DNA of 64,000 bases from assembly GCA_963741915.1 (NCBI GenBank), contig CAVUJW010000013.1:203791-267790 (forward strand). Direction: 5' to 3'. This document shows positions 18,001 through 28,396 of this stretch, one piece after another. The notes beneath the pieces were generated by a model. It worked only from the letters and a program-made list of their open reading frames with translations, made no database searches and was not told the DNA's origin. Each line of letters begins with the position of its first letter. Within the stretch, counting starts at the first letter, position 1. The position numbers and the translations under genes are program-made. The stretch is from an uncultured Chloroflexia bacterium. Lineage in GTDB: Bacteria > Chloroflexota > Limnocylindria > Limnocylindrales > CSP1-4.

Positions 18001-19152
18001 GCCGCGACGGGAGGGCATCGGGGACCAGCTACCGGATCGCGCTGATCCCCGGCGACGGCGTGGGGCGCGAGGTCGTCGCGGGAGCCGTGGACGTCCTCGA
18101 GACGACCGGCCGGGTGTTCGGGTTCGGGTTCGACTGGTCGGAGCTGACCGTGGGCGGCGCGGGCATCGATGCCTATGGCGTGGCCATCCGGCCCGAGGAC
18201 ATCGAGGCGTGCCGGGCCGCGGACGCCGTGCTGCTGGGCGCCGTCGGCGGGCCCAGGTGGGACGATCCCGATGCGCCGGTCCGGCCCGAGCAGGCGCTGT
18301 TCGCCCTCCGGGGCGGCCTTGGGCTGTTCGCCAACCTGCGGCCGATCACCGTGCACCCGGCCCTGATCTCGGCCTCGCCCCTCAGGCCGGAGCTGCTCGA
18401 GGGCGTGGACTGCCTGATCGTCCGGGAGCTGACCTCAGGGCTCTACTTCGGCAGGCCCTCCGAGCCGCGAGAGACGCCCGAGGGCCGCGCCGCGATCGAC
18501 ACCCTGTGGTACACGGAGGGCGAGATCCGGCGGATCGTCACCCTCGCGTTCGAGCTCGCCCGGGGCCGGCGTCGCCAGCTGACCCAGGTCGACAAGGCCA
18601 ACGTGCTGGCCACCTCGCGGCTGTGGCGCAAGGTCACCGAGGAGGTCCACGCGGACTTCCCCGACGTCAGCCTCGAGCACCGGCTGGTGGACTCCGCGGC
18701 CATGGCCCTGGCCAGGTGGCCGGCGAGCTTCGACGTGATCGTGACCGAGAACCTGTTCGGCGACATCCTGTCCGACGAGGCCGCGGTGATCGCCGGCTCG
18801 CTGGGCATGTTGCCCTCGGCCTCGCTGGGCACGCGGTCCACGGCCCACGGCCGCCACGGCCTGTATGAGCCCATCCACGGGTCCGCGCCCGACATCGCCG
18901 GCCGGGACGTGGCCAACCCGCTGGGCACGATCCTGTCCTCGGCGATGATGCTCCGCTGGTCGCTGGGCCAGGAGGCCGCCGCGAGTGCCGTGGAGGCGGC
19001 GGTGGCCGATGCGCTCGCCGGGGGGCTGCGGACCGCGGACCTCGTGCCGGTGGATCCCGCGGCCGCCGCGACCTGCACCGTCGTCGGCACCCGGGACATG
19101 GCCCGCGAGGTCGGGGGAGCGGATCGCGATTCGCCGGCCGGTGCCCGCCTGA
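17997..19152 (+). CDS. leuB: 3-isopropylmalate dehydrogenase (3' end uncertain: apparent frameshift at G5 run 19113-19117)
   Basis: The GTG at 17997 overlaps the leuA stop. Sequence: [16 protein letters not shown]...[27 protein letters not shown]. As written, the frame has no stop until 19802 and overlaps cimA by ~590 nt. Removing one G gives ...[17 protein letters not shown] ending at 19152. Confidence 0.8.
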
Positions 19153-19209
19153 GGCGGGGCATCGGCCGAACCGAGTCGACCCTCCCGCAGCCGCACTGGA
19201 CCCCGACCC

Positions 19210-20893
19210 ATGAGCACCCCCGCCGACCACCCGGTCATCCTCTACGACACGACCCTCCGCGACGGCACCCAGGGCGAGAACATCACCCTCTCGCTGGCCG
19301 ACAAGCTGCGCATCGCGCGGATGCTCGACGAATACGGGTTCCCGTTCATCGAGGGCGGCTGGCCCGGCTCCAACCCCAAGGACGTCGAGTTCTTCGCCGC
19401 TGCCCGCCGGCAGCGCTGGGAGCGGGCGCGCCTGGCCGCCTTCGGGTCCACGCGCCACCGGTCCAACGCGGCGGCGGACGACCCCAACCTCCGGGAGCTG
19501 GTGGCCGCCGAGACTCCGGTGGTGACGATCTTCGGCAAGAGCTGGCTGCTCCACGTGACCGAGGTCCTGGGCGCCACCCCGGCCGAGAACCTGGACATGA
19601 TCGCCGACTCCATCGGCTTCATCGTCGACCACGGGCGGGAGGCCGTATACGACGCGGAGCACTTCTTCGACGGCTACCGGGCCGACCGCGAATACGCGCT
19701 CGCCACGCTGCGGGCGGCCCGCGACGCCGGCTCGCGCACGCTCGTGCTGTGCGACACCAACGGGGGCACCCTGACCGACGACCTGGTGGCCATCCTGGGT
19801 GACGTGCTCGGGACGCTCGAGGCCGATGCCGCTGCCCCCGCCGTCACGTGGGGCATCCACACCCACAACGACGCCGAGCTTGCCGTGGCGAACTCGATCG
19901 CGGCGGTCCGGGCGGGCGTCCGCCACGTCCAGGCGACGATCAACGGCTACGGCGAGCGGTGCGGCAACGCGAACATGGTCGTCGGTCCTCGCCAACCTCG
20001 CGCTCAAGACCCCCAACGAGCTGTCGCCGGCCGGCGGCGGCGACCTGGGTGCCCTGACCCAGCTGTCACGGTCGGTGGCCGAGATCGCCAACGTCAGCCC
20101 CGACGACTACCAGCCCTACGTCGGGCGATCGGCGTTCGCCCACAAGGGCGGCGTCCACGGTGCGGCGGTGGCCAAGGTGGAGCGCAGCTACCAGCACGTG
20201 GACCCCGTGGTCGTGGGCAACGCGGGACGGCTGGTGGTGTCCGAGCTGGGCGGCCGCGCCAACACGGCCATCCGCGCCCGGCAGCTGGGCCACCAGCTCG
20301 AGGGGGTCGACCCGCGCGAGCTGTCCAACGTCATCAAGCGGCTGGAGCACGAAGGCCTCGCGTTCGAGGGCGCCGAGGCCTCGTTCGAGCTCCTGATTCG
20401 GCGCCATTCGCCCCACTACGTCGCCCCGTTCCGGATCGTGGACTACACGGTCCTGGTCGAGCAGCGGTCGGGCCGCGAGCTGCTGGCGGAGGCGACCGTC
20501 AAGGTGGAGGTGGCGGGCGAGATCCTGCACACGGCCGCCGACGGCAACGGCCCGGTCAACGCGCTCGACGGCGCGCTGCGCAAGGCGCTGGCCGCGTTCT
20601 ACCCGGTCCTCGACGCGGTCCATCTCGTGGACTACAAGGTGCGCATCCTGGACGGGGCGACCGCGACGGCGGCGCGCACTCGCGTCATCATCGACTCGCA
20701 GGACGGATCCCGCACCTGGTCCACCATGGGCAGTGACACCAACATCATCGCGGCCTCCGCGCAGGCGCTTGCCGACTCGCTGGAGTACGCGATCTGGAAG
20801 TCCGGCGCCGAGCTCCGGCGGCGCGACGAACGCCAGTTCACGACGACCAACGGCGCCGGCACGGCCGGGGCCACTCCGGGAGGCCCAGCATGA
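19210..20893 (+). pseudogene. cimA: citramalate synthase / 2-isopropylmalate synthase family, interrupted by a +1 frameshift near 19978-19985
   Basis: The first frame (19210..) reads [23 protein letters not shown]...HTHNDAELAVANSIAAV...NGYGERCGNANMV, then degenerates. The frame of ORF 19799..20893 continues ...SVLANLALKTP...AFAHKGGVHG...[14 protein letters not shown]...DTNIIAASAQAL. One extra nucleotide in gtcgtcggtcc restores a ~560-aa protein. Confidence 0.8.
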
Positions 20894-21444
20894 GCGATGA
20901 CGCCGTCCGCTCCGACACCCGACCCGAGCCCGCCCGGCTCGCCCGCTGGACGGTGACCTCGGGAAGCAGCGTCAACAGCCGGGCCGCCGTCGTGATCCGG
21001 GCCGGCGACCACGACTGGAAGGCCTCCGCCGAAGGCAACGGCGCCGTCGACGCGCTGTACAAGGCCGTGGACCGTGCCCTCGCCGACGTCCTGGGCGGAC
21101 ACCCGCTGCTGCTCGCCTATGACGTCCACGCGCTCGCCGAGGGTCCCGATGCCGAGGGCCGGGTGACGGTGCGCATCGCCCCCCCGATGTCCGCGGAGGG
21201 CGCCCGGGGCGACGGGCGGTTCACGGGCGAGGTCACCAGCACCAACATCGTGGCCGCGTCCGTGGAAGCGTACGTGTACGCCATCAACGCGATGCTGGGC
21301 GACGAGTCGTGGGCGGGGGCCACCGAGGAAGCCGGCACCCGCGGCCGCGGCCGGTCGCGGAGCGCAGAGGCGGCGGCCGAGACGCAGGCCGAGTTCGACG
21401 ACCAGGCCCGCCCGATCGACACGACCGAGTGGTTCAACCGCTAG
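20890..21444 (+). CDS. stand-alone LeuA_dimer (allosteric/regulatory) domain protein
   Basis: 184 aa; the ATG overlaps the cimA stop (ATGA). AEGNGAVDALYKAVDRAL...DAEGRVTVRI...STNIVAASVEAYVYAINAML matches the C-terminal regulatory domain of LeuA/CimA. There is no catalytic TIM-barrel part. Confidence 0.6.
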   Translation: MSDDAVRSDTRPEPARLARWTVTSGSSVNSRAAVVIRAGDHDWKASAEGNGAVDALYKAVDRALADVLGGHPLLLAYDVHALAEGPDAEGRVTVRIAPPMSAEGARGDGRFTGEVTSTNIVAASVEAYVYAINAMLGDESWAGATEEAGTRGRGRSRSAEAAAETQAEFDDQARPIDTTEWFNR

Positions 21445-21574
21445 TGGCCCGCGACCGGGGTCGGAGTAGTGCGGAACGGGGACGGATCCGGCTGGGCCGG
21501 CCCGCGCGAACGTCCCGGCACCGGTGCCGGCGCCGTCCGACGCCCGCGGGTCGCGCGCGGGGCGCGCGTGGACG

Positions 21575-22453
21575 ATGACGGCGCCCGGGCACCCGCCGAT
21601 CGTCGCCGCGTACACCGGCGAGCCGGGCGCCTTCGCCGAGGAGGCCGTGCTCGCCTTCTTCGCCATGCCGGAAGCCCGACCCCTGCCATCGTTCCGTGCC
21701 GTGTTCGAGGCCGTGCGCGACGGCGCGGCGGCGGCCGGGGTGGTCCCGGTCGAGAGCTCCCTGCTGGGGACCATCCGCGAGAACCTTGACCTGCTGTACG
21801 AGTTCGGGCTGCCCATCGCCGGCGAGGTCACCGTCCCGGTGCGGCTTGCCCTCCTCGCCCTGCCCGGCGAGCGCCTGGAGACGGTGCGCCTGGTCTACTC
21901 GATCGCCGCCGCGCTTGCCCAGGCCGACGAGTTCCTGCGCTCGCACCCGTGGACGGTGCAGACGACCTACAACACGGCCGGTGCCGCGAAGCAGATCGCC
22001 GACCGGCGCGAGCGGGGCGCCGCAGCGGTCGCGTCGGCGCGGGTCGCACCCATCTACGGCCTCGAGGTCCTGGCGGATGGGATCCAGACCGGGAGCGACA
22101 ACCGGACTCGGTTCGCGGTGATCACGCGGGCGGGCCGGGAGGCGGCTGTCGTCGAGGCGGCCCGGCCCGAGGCGATCTCCGGGCACCCGAAGACGACCTT
22201 CGTGTTCGCGGTGCGCAACGTGCCGGGATCCCTCCACCGGTCCCTGGGAGCGTTCGCCGCCCGCGGGCTCAACCTGTCACGGCTCGAATTGCGGCCGTGG
22301 ACCGAGCGCGGATCGCGCTGGGAGTACCTGTTCTGGGTCGACCTGGACGCCGACCCGGCAGACCCGGCCTGCGCGGACGCGCTCGATGAGCTGCGAGGCG
22401 AGACCGAGCTGGTCCGGATCCTGGGCACGTACCCGCGAACTGCCGAGGACTGA
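21575..22453 (+). CDS. pheA: prephenate dehydratase
   Basis: The ORF is open from 21524; the ATG at 21575 (MTAPGHPPIVAAYTGEPGAFAEEA...) is the likelier start. It has a PDT domain plus a C-terminal ACT domain (KTTFVFAVRNVPGSLHRSLGAFAARGLNLSRLELRP). Confidence 0.85.
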   Translation: MTAPGHPPIVAAYTGEPGAFAEEAVLAFFAMPEARPLPSFRAVFEAVRDGAAAAGVVPVESSLLGTIRENLDLLYEFGLPIAGEVTVPVRLALLALPGERLETVRLVYSIAAALAQADEFLRSHPWTVQTTYNTAGAAKQIADRRERGAAAVASARVAPIYGLEVLADGIQTGSDNRTRFAVITRAGREAAVVEAARPEAISGHPKTTFVFAVRNVPGSLHRSLGAFAARGLNLSRLELRPWTERGSRWEYLFWVDLDADPADPACADALDELRGETELVRILGTYPRTAED

Positions 22454-22507
22454 CCGGCGGCCCGCGGCGCGGGACCGCTCTCCGCACGTGAGCAGACCGG
22501 CGCCCAA

Positions 22508-24229
22508 GTGCGAGAATGGATCCCGTGTCGTGAGCCGTGCGAGGTGGTCGTGGACGAGGCGTTTCGGTCGGAGATGGTGGCGGGCTACTCGCTGGACGAG
22601 CCGGCCGTTGTCCTCGGCGCGCCACTCCTGGGCGACGAGATCCTGCCCGAGGTTCGGGTCCAGGTCGCCCTGTCGCGCGTCAACCGTCACGGGCTGATCG
22701 CCGGCGCCACCGGCACCGGCAAGACCAAGACCCTCCAGATCCTCGCCGGCCAGCTGTCGTCCCTGGGCGTGCCCGTGTTCGCCGTTGACGTCAAGGGGGA
22801 CCTCTCGGGCGTCGGCGCGCCGGGGGACGCGGCCAACTCCAAGATCCAGGAGCGCGCCGCCTCCATGGGCTGGCCGTTCCAGCCGGCCGCCCACCCGCTG
22901 GAGCTGATGTCGCTTTCGGGCAAGGTGGGCGCGCACGTCCGGGCCAGCATCTCGTCCTTCGGACCCCTGCTGCTGGGCAAGGTCCTCGACCTCAACGACA
23001 CCCAGACCTCGATCCTGTCGCTGGTGTTCCGCTACTGCGACGACCAGCACCTGCCGCTGCTCGACCTGGCCGACCTGCGGACCACCCTCAAGTTCCTCGC
23101 CTCGGACGACGGCAAGCCCGCGCTCGAGGACCTGGGCGGCATCAGCCCCGCGTCGCTGGGCGTGATCCTGCGCGCGATCGTGACCCTGGAGCAGGAGGGG
23201 GCGGGCGAGTTCTTCGGCGAGCCGGAGTTCGACGTCGACGACCTGCTGCGAACGACCTCCGACGGCCGGGGCGTGATCACGCTGCTCGAGGTGGCGGACG
23301 TCATGGACCGGCCCCGGCTGTACTCGACGTTCGTGCTGTGGATCCTCGCCCGCCTGTACGAGAGCCTGCCCGAGGTGGGTGACCTGCCCAGGCCCAAGCT
23401 CGCGTTCTTCTTCGACGAGGCCCACCTGCTGTTCAAGGACGCCTCGGACGCGCTGATGGAGCAGATCGAGCGCACGGCGCGGCTCATCCGCTCCAAGGGC
23501 GTCGGCGTGTACTTCGCGACCCAGGCACCGACCGACGTCCCGTCATCGGTCCTGTCGCAGCTGGGCAACCGGGTGCAGCACGCGCTGCGCGCGTTCACGC
23601 CCGAGGATGCCGACGCCCTCCACAAGGCGGCGCGCACCTTCCCCATGACCGACCACTATGACGTCGAGCGGACGATCACCTCGCTGGGCATCGGCGAGGC
23701 GCTGGTCACCGTGCTCTCGCCCAAGGGAGTCCCGACGCCGCTGGCCGCGACCCGGCTCGTGCCGCCCGACTCGCGGATGGCCCCGCTGACGGATGCCGAG
23801 ATCGCCCAGGTCGTGGCTGCCTCGCCGCTGACTGCCCGCTACGGGCAGGCCATCGACCGCGAGAGCGCCCACGAGATGATCACGGCGAGGCTGGCGGCGG
23901 CGCACGCGGCGGCCGCCGCCGCGGCCGGCGTGCCGGCCGAGGGGGCCGCTCCGGCGGCAGACCGGGGATCCGGTGCCATGGCCGGGACGCTGACGCCGGC
24001 CCAGCAGGAGCGCGAGATCCGGCGCCGGGCGGCGGAGCTCGAGAAGGAGCGCCGGGCTGCGGAGCGCGAGGCGAAGGCCGCGGATCGCGAGCGCAAGGCC
24101 GAGGAGCGGCAGCGACAGCGGATGCTCGAGACGTCCATCCGCACCGCGGGCCGGGTAGCCACCTCGCGCGCGGGCCAGTCGATCCTGCGGGGCGTGTTCT
24201 CGACCATCTTCGGCAGCGGCAAGCGCTGA
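22508..24229 (+). CDS. HerA-like / DUF853 (YjgR-like) P-loop ATPase
   Basis: 573 aa with Walker A NRHGLIAGATGTGKTKTLQ and Walker B-like LAFFFDEAHLLF. The Lys/Arg/Glu-rich C-terminal tail is typical of DUF853. The exact start (22508 versus GTG near 22544-22550) is uncertain. Confidence 0.8.
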   Translation: MREWIPCREPCEVVVDEAFRSEMVAGYSLDEPAVVLGAPLLGDEILPEVRVQVALSRVNRHGLIAGATGTGKTKTLQILAGQLSSLGVPVFAVDVKGDLSGVGAPGDAANSKIQERAASMGWPFQPAAHPLELMSLSGKVGAHVRASISSFGPLLLGKVLDLNDTQTSILSLVFRYCDDQHLPLLDLADLRTTLKFLASDDGKPALEDLGGISPASLGVILRAIVTLEQEGAGEFFGEPEFDVDDLLRTTSDGRGVITLLEVADVMDRPRLYSTFVLWILARLYESLPEVGDLPRPKLAFFFDEAHLLFKDASDALMEQIERTARLIRSKGVGVYFATQAPTDVPSSVLSQLGNRVQHALRAFTPEDADALHKAARTFPMTDHYDVERTITSLGIGEALVTVLSPKGVPTPLAATRLVPPDSRMAPLTDAEIAQVVAASPLTARYGQAIDRESAHEMITARLAAAHAAAAAAAGVPAEGAAPAADRGSGAMAGTLTPAQQEREIRRRAAELEKERRAAEREAKAADRERKAEERQRQRMLETSIRTAGRVATSRAGQSILRGVFSTIFGSGKR

Positions 24230-24248
24230 CGGTGCAGGCCCGTCGCGG

Positions 24249-24899
24249 TCAGGCAGGGTCCGGCTCGGCCACGCGCTCGGCATCGAGGAGCGCGGCCGGG
24301 ATCCCCGGGATAACCTCGAAGTGCTCCGCCGTCCAGTCCTCGAGCAGCGCCTCGTGGCGGGTCCGGTCCGCCCGCTCGAGATCGGAGCCGGTGGCGCCGG
24401 CGACGTCCGACCAGCCCGTCCACAGCGACAGGGTCACGAACCGGACCGGGGGCTCGGTGGCGAGGTACAGGCGCTGCGGTCCCCGTCCGGCCGCCCGGTC
24501 GGCGAGCGTCCCGTCGCGGGCCTGGGTGACGTAGTCGGCCAGTCGGCTCGCCCGCGCCCGCCCGGTCACCAGCCGTGCGATGCCGACGTCGGGCTGCCGG
24601 TCGGACCCGATCTCGACGGCGACCTCGAGCACGTCGAGGCGATGGTCGGTCGACTGGCCGAGGAGCTCCGGATGGAACCGGGCCGGTTCGAAGTCGGTGC
24701 CGACGGCACTGGCCATCGCCTCGTACGACACCCACACCGACGCCACCAGGCGTTCCCCGATGTTGTCGGGCCCGATCCGGCCGGCGACCACGGCGCGGAT
24801 CCCCGGCTGCTGCAGCAGGTCCGGGACGAGGATGGTGCGAAGCGTCGCGTCGAACTCGGTGCGTGCGGGACGGAACCGGAACAGGCGGAGCACTGACAT
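24249..24899 (-). CDS. hypothetical protein (216 aa)
   Basis: The ORF is open to 25043; the ATG at 24899 (MSVLRLFRFRPARTEFDATL...) is the likelier start. It has high GC3 and two similar halves (possibly ferredoxin-like/ABM folds). No family was confidently recognised. Confidence 0.5.
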   Translation of the reverse strand: MSVLRLFRFRPARTEFDATLRTILVPDLLQQPGIRAVVAGRIGPDNIGERLVASVWVSYEAMASAVGTDFEPARFHPELLGQSTDHRLDVLEVAVEIGSDRQPDVGIARLVTGRARASRLADYVTQARDGTLADRAAGRGPQRLYLATEPPVRFVTLSLWTGWSDVAGATGSDLERADRTRHEALLEDWTAEHFEVIPGIPAALLDAERVAEPDPA

Positions 24900-25042
24900 C
24901 GCCAACCCCGACCTCATCGTGGTGCCAGCGTGCGACGGGCGTAGTGTGGGGGGTCCCCGGGCGGGCCGCAAGCGGTGTTTGCCGGCTCGATCCGGCATGA
25001 TGCCACGGGACAGCACGATCCGAGCCGCCAGGAGCCACGCCA

Positions 25043-26488
25043 ATGGCCACGACCACCGCCGCGACCCCGCACCCGATCTATCTTGCCGGACGGTGGGTTG
25101 ACTCGCCCGAGCCGCTGGTCATCGAGAACCCGGCTCGTCCGGGGGAGCCCGCAGGCGCCACCTACCAGGCCACGCCCGAGCAGTACGAGCAGGCGGTGCA
25201 GGCTGCCGTCCGCGCGTTCGAGGTCACCCGGACGCTGCCCGCCTACGAGCGCGGCCGGATCCTGCGCGAGATCAGTGCCGGGGTCAAGGCTCGCCGCGAG
25301 GAGCTCGGCGCGCTGATCGCGGCCGAGGCCGGCAAGCCGATCCGGGATGCGCTGGTGGAGGTCGATCGGGCGGTGCTCACGTTCCGGCTGGGTGCCGAGG
25401 AGGCGGAGCGCATGGTGGGCGAGATGATCCCGCTCGACCTGATGCCGTCATCGAGGGACCGCGTGGGCATCACCCGGCGCTTCCCGATCGGTCCGATCGC
25501 CGGCATCAGCCCGTTCAACTTCCCGCTCAACCTGGCCGCCCACAAGGTCAGCCCGGCCATTGCCTCGGGCAACCCGATCGTGCTCAAGCCGCCGTCCAAG
25601 GACCCGCTGGTCATGCTCACCGTGGGCGAGATCATCGATGCCGCCGGGGTGCCCGAGGGCATGGTAAGCATCCTGCCCATGAGCCGCGAGCTCGGCGACC
25701 GCATGGTGTCGGACGAGCGGTTCAAGCTGCTGACGTTCACCGGCAGCCCATCGGTCGGCTGGCGGATGAAGGCGCGGGCTGGCAAGAAGAAGGTGGTGCT
25801 CGAGCTGGGCGGCAATGCCGGCGTGATCGTCGATCGCAGCGCCGACATCGACTGGGCGGTCAAGCGCACCGTCACCGGCGCCTTCGCCTACTCGGGCCAG
25901 GTGTGCATCAGCGTCCAGCGGATGTTCGTCCACGAGGACGTGTGGGACGAGTTCATGGGCAAGTTCGTCGCGGCCGTGGCGGCGCTCAAGGTGGGTGACC
26001 CTGCGGACCAGACGACCGACGTGGGCCCGATGGTCGACGAGAAGAACGCCCTGCGGACCCAGGCCTGGGTCGACGAGGCCGTGGCGCTCGGGGGCAAGGT
26101 GCTCACGGGCGGCAAGGCGGACGGCACGTTCTTCCCGCCGACCGTCCTCACCGAAACCCCGTTCCATGCCCAGGTGTGCTCCAACGAGGCGTTCGCGCCG
26201 CTCGTCGTCGCGTTCAGGTTTCGCGAGATGGACGAGGCCATCCGGGCGGTCAACGACAGCTTCTTCGGGCTCCAGACCGGCGTGTTCACCAACGACCTCG
26301 ACCACGCCTGGGCCGCCTTCGGTGGACTCGAGGTCGGCGGCGTGATCGTGAACGACATCCCCACCTACCGGATCGACCACATGCCCTACGGCGGTGTCAA
26401 GGATTCCGGGCTGGGGCGCGAGGGACTGCGCTGGGCGATCGAGGACATGACCGAGATCCGGATCATGGTCCTCGCCTGGCCCCAGTAG
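25043..26488 (+). CDS. NAD(P)-dependent aldehyde dehydrogenase family protein
   Basis: 481 aa. Sequence ...FTGSPSVGWRM...VVLELGGNAGVIVD...FAYSGQVCISVQR...PYGGVKDSGLGREG shows the catalytic Cys and Glu motifs of the ALDH superfamily. Confidence 0.9.
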   Translation: MATTTAATPHPIYLAGRWVDSPEPLVIENPARPGEPAGATYQATPEQYEQAVQAAVRAFEVTRTLPAYERGRILREISAGVKARREELGALIAAEAGKPIRDALVEVDRAVLTFRLGAEEAERMVGEMIPLDLMPSSRDRVGITRRFPIGPIAGISPFNFPLNLAAHKVSPAIASGNPIVLKPPSKDPLVMLTVGEIIDAAGVPEGMVSILPMSRELGDRMVSDERFKLLTFTGSPSVGWRMKARAGKKKVVLELGGNAGVIVDRSADIDWAVKRTVTGAFAYSGQVCISVQRMFVHEDVWDEFMGKFVAAVAALKVGDPADQTTDVGPMVDEKNALRTQAWVDEAVALGGKVLTGGKADGTFFPPTVLTETPFHAQVCSNEAFAPLVVAFRFREMDEAIRAVNDSFFGLQTGVFTNDLDHAWAAFGGLEVGGVIVNDIPTYRIDHMPYGGVKDSGLGREGLRWAIEDMTEIRIMVLAWPQ

Positions 26489-26616
26489 CCCGGAGCTCCG
26501 CATCGCCCAGGCACGCTCACGGCCGCGAGGCGCGGGCTCCCGGGAGGCAGGACACCGGCCGAACCGCGCGCGGATTGAACGAACGGGGTCCCACGCGGGC
26601 GCGTCGCGTCGGCGGG

Positions 26617-26622
26617 TAGACT
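26617..26622 (+). promoter_or_regulatory. TAGACT -10-like hexamer 6 nt upstream of the GTG start (possible leaderless transcript)
   Basis: gggTAGACTccgggcGTG. The spacing fits a transcription start at or next to the start codon at 26629. No convincing -35 was found. Confidence 0.25.
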
Positions 26623-26628
26623 CCGGGC

Positions 26629-28329
26629 GTGGGTACGCCGTCTCCGCGAACTGCCGCCGATCTGCTCGTCGAATGCCTCGAGGCCGAGGGCTGCGAGTGG
26701 GTGTTCTCGGTTCCCGGCGAGGAGACGATGGACATCCTCGAGGCGCTCGCCGATCATCCGCGGGTCCGCCACGTCACCACGCGCCACGAGCAGGGCGCCG
26801 CGTTCATGGCCGACGTCCACGGAAGGATCACTGGCCGGTGCGCGGTCGCGATGGCCACGCTCGGGCCCGGCGCGACCAACCTCGTCACCGGGATCGCCGA
26901 CGCGTATCTCGATCGCGCGCCCATGGTGGCGCTCACCGGCCAGACCGGGATCGACAAGATCCACAAGGAGGCGCACCAGTACGTCGACATCCCGCGCATG
27001 CTCGAGCCGGTGACCAAGGTCACGACGCGCATCGAACGGGCAGGGGCGATTCCCGAGATCGTGGCCAAGGCGTTCCGCGTCGCGCGCCTGGAGAAGCCCG
27101 GGCCGACGCACATCGAGCTGCCCGAGGACGTGGCGGCCACGCCCGTGGACGCAGGCCTCGTGCCGCTCGTCGAGTCCCGTGCCTACTTCCCAGAGCCGAC
27201 CGACGAGGCCATCGGCCACGCCGCCGAGCTCATCGCGGGATCCACCCGACCCATCGTGCTCGCCGGGAACGGGGTGCTCCGTCGGCGCGCGTCGGCGGAG
27301 CTCCGGGCCTTCGCGCGCGGGCTGCACGTACCGGTCGCCGTCACGTTCATGGGCAAGGGCGCGGTCGACGACCGGTCCCATCTGTCGCTGATGGCCGTCG
27401 GCCTCCAGGCGCGGGACCATGTGCTGTCGGGCTTCGATCGCGCGGACCTGGTCATCTCGGTGGGCTACGACCCGGTCGAGTACGCTCCCGCGCGCTGGAA
27501 CCCGGACGGCCGCAAGCCGATCGTCCACATCGACACCACGCCTGCGGAGGTGGATGCCGCCTACCGGCCGGCGGTGGAGCTGATCGGCGACATCGAGGGC
27601 ACGCTGCCGCGGCTGCTCGACGCCGTGCTGCCACTCGGGATCAACGGCCGCGACGCCTCGGCGCGCCATGCATCGCGCGAGCTGCTGGTGCACGCGGACC
27701 TGCGCGCGCGCCTGCTCGAGGACCTGGGGGCGTTCGCCCACGATGACGGCTGGCCGATCCGGCCCCAGAAGGCGATCGCGGACCTGCGGGATGCGCTCGC
27801 GCCCGAGGACATCGTGGTGTCGGACGTGGGTGCCCATAAGATCTGGGTGGCGCGCCTGTACCAGGCGTACGAGCCGAACACCGTGATCATCTCCAACGGC
27901 TTCGCCTCGATGGGCATCGCGCTGCCCGGCGCGATCGCGGCGGCCCTCGTCCATCCCGAGCGGCACGTGGTCGCGCTGTGCGGCGACGGTGGCCTGCTGA
28001 TGAACGTCCAGGAGCTGGAGACGGCGGTCAGGCTCGGCGTGCGGGTGACGGTCGTCGTGTGGCGCGACGACGCGTATGGCCTGATCGACTGGAAGCAGCG
28101 CAACGCATTCGGCCGGCCGTTCGGGGTCTCGTTCGGCAACCCGGACTTCGTGGCGCTCGCGGAGTCGTTCGGGATGCCCGCCTTCCGGCCCTCGTCATCG
28201 GCCGAGCTGGCGCCGGTGCTGGGGCGGGCCCTCGACGTCGACGGACCCTCGCTGGTCGAGGTGCCGATCGACTACCGCGAGAACCTGCGCCTGACCGAGC
28301 GGCTGGGGGCGCTCGACCCGGGCGCCTGA
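26629..28329 (+). CDS. thiamine-diphosphate enzyme, acetolactate synthase (AlsS-like) family
   Basis: 566 aa, TAADLLVECLEAEGCEWVFSVPGEE...TRHEQGAAFMAD...GPGATNLVTG...ALCGDGGLLMNVQELET. There is no adjacent small regulatory subunit. Confidence 0.85.
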   Translation: MGTPSPRTAADLLVECLEAEGCEWVFSVPGEETMDILEALADHPRVRHVTTRHEQGAAFMADVHGRITGRCAVAMATLGPGATNLVTGIADAYLDRAPMVALTGQTGIDKIHKEAHQYVDIPRMLEPVTKVTTRIERAGAIPEIVAKAFRVARLEKPGPTHIELPEDVAATPVDAGLVPLVESRAYFPEPTDEAIGHAAELIAGSTRPIVLAGNGVLRRRASAELRAFARGLHVPVAVTFMGKGAVDDRSHLSLMAVGLQARDHVLSGFDRADLVISVGYDPVEYAPARWNPDGRKPIVHIDTTPAEVDAAYRPAVELIGDIEGTLPRLLDAVLPLGINGRDASARHASRELLVHADLRARLLEDLGAFAHDDGWPIRPQKAIADLRDALAPEDIVVSDVGAHKIWVARLYQAYEPNTVIISNGFASMGIALPGAIAAALVHPERHVVALCGDGGLLMNVQELETAVRLGVRVTVVVWRDDAYGLIDWKQRNAFGRPFGVSFGNPDFVALAESFGMPAFRPSSSAELAPVLGRALDVDGPSLVEVPIDYRENLRLTERLGALDPGA

Positions 28330-28383
28330 GGCGTCGTTCGATGGGCCCGATCGGCCGCATTCGGCCGGAATGCCAGGTCAGGA

Positions 28384-28389
28384 TAGACT
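28384..28389 (+). promoter_or_regulatory. TAGACT -10-like hexamer 7 nt upstream of ATG 28397 (possible leaderless start of the polysaccharide operon)
   Basis: aggaTAGACTctcggccATG. This has the same hexamer and spacing as at 26617. Pattern match only. Confidence 0.25.
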
Positions 28390-28396
28390 CTCGGCC

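Noticed and set aside
12507-18018. Minus ORFs 12507..14408 (633 aa), 14444..16495 (683 aa) and 16084..18018 (644 aa)
   Set aside because: They are antisense shadows of ilvB, ilvN/ilvC and leuA, with no recognisable domains.
16626-19802. 1058-aa + ORF
   Set aside because: Only the 17997 to ~19115 portion is in the leuB frame and conserved. The upstream part is out of frame with leuA. The downstream part is read-through caused by the missing stop.
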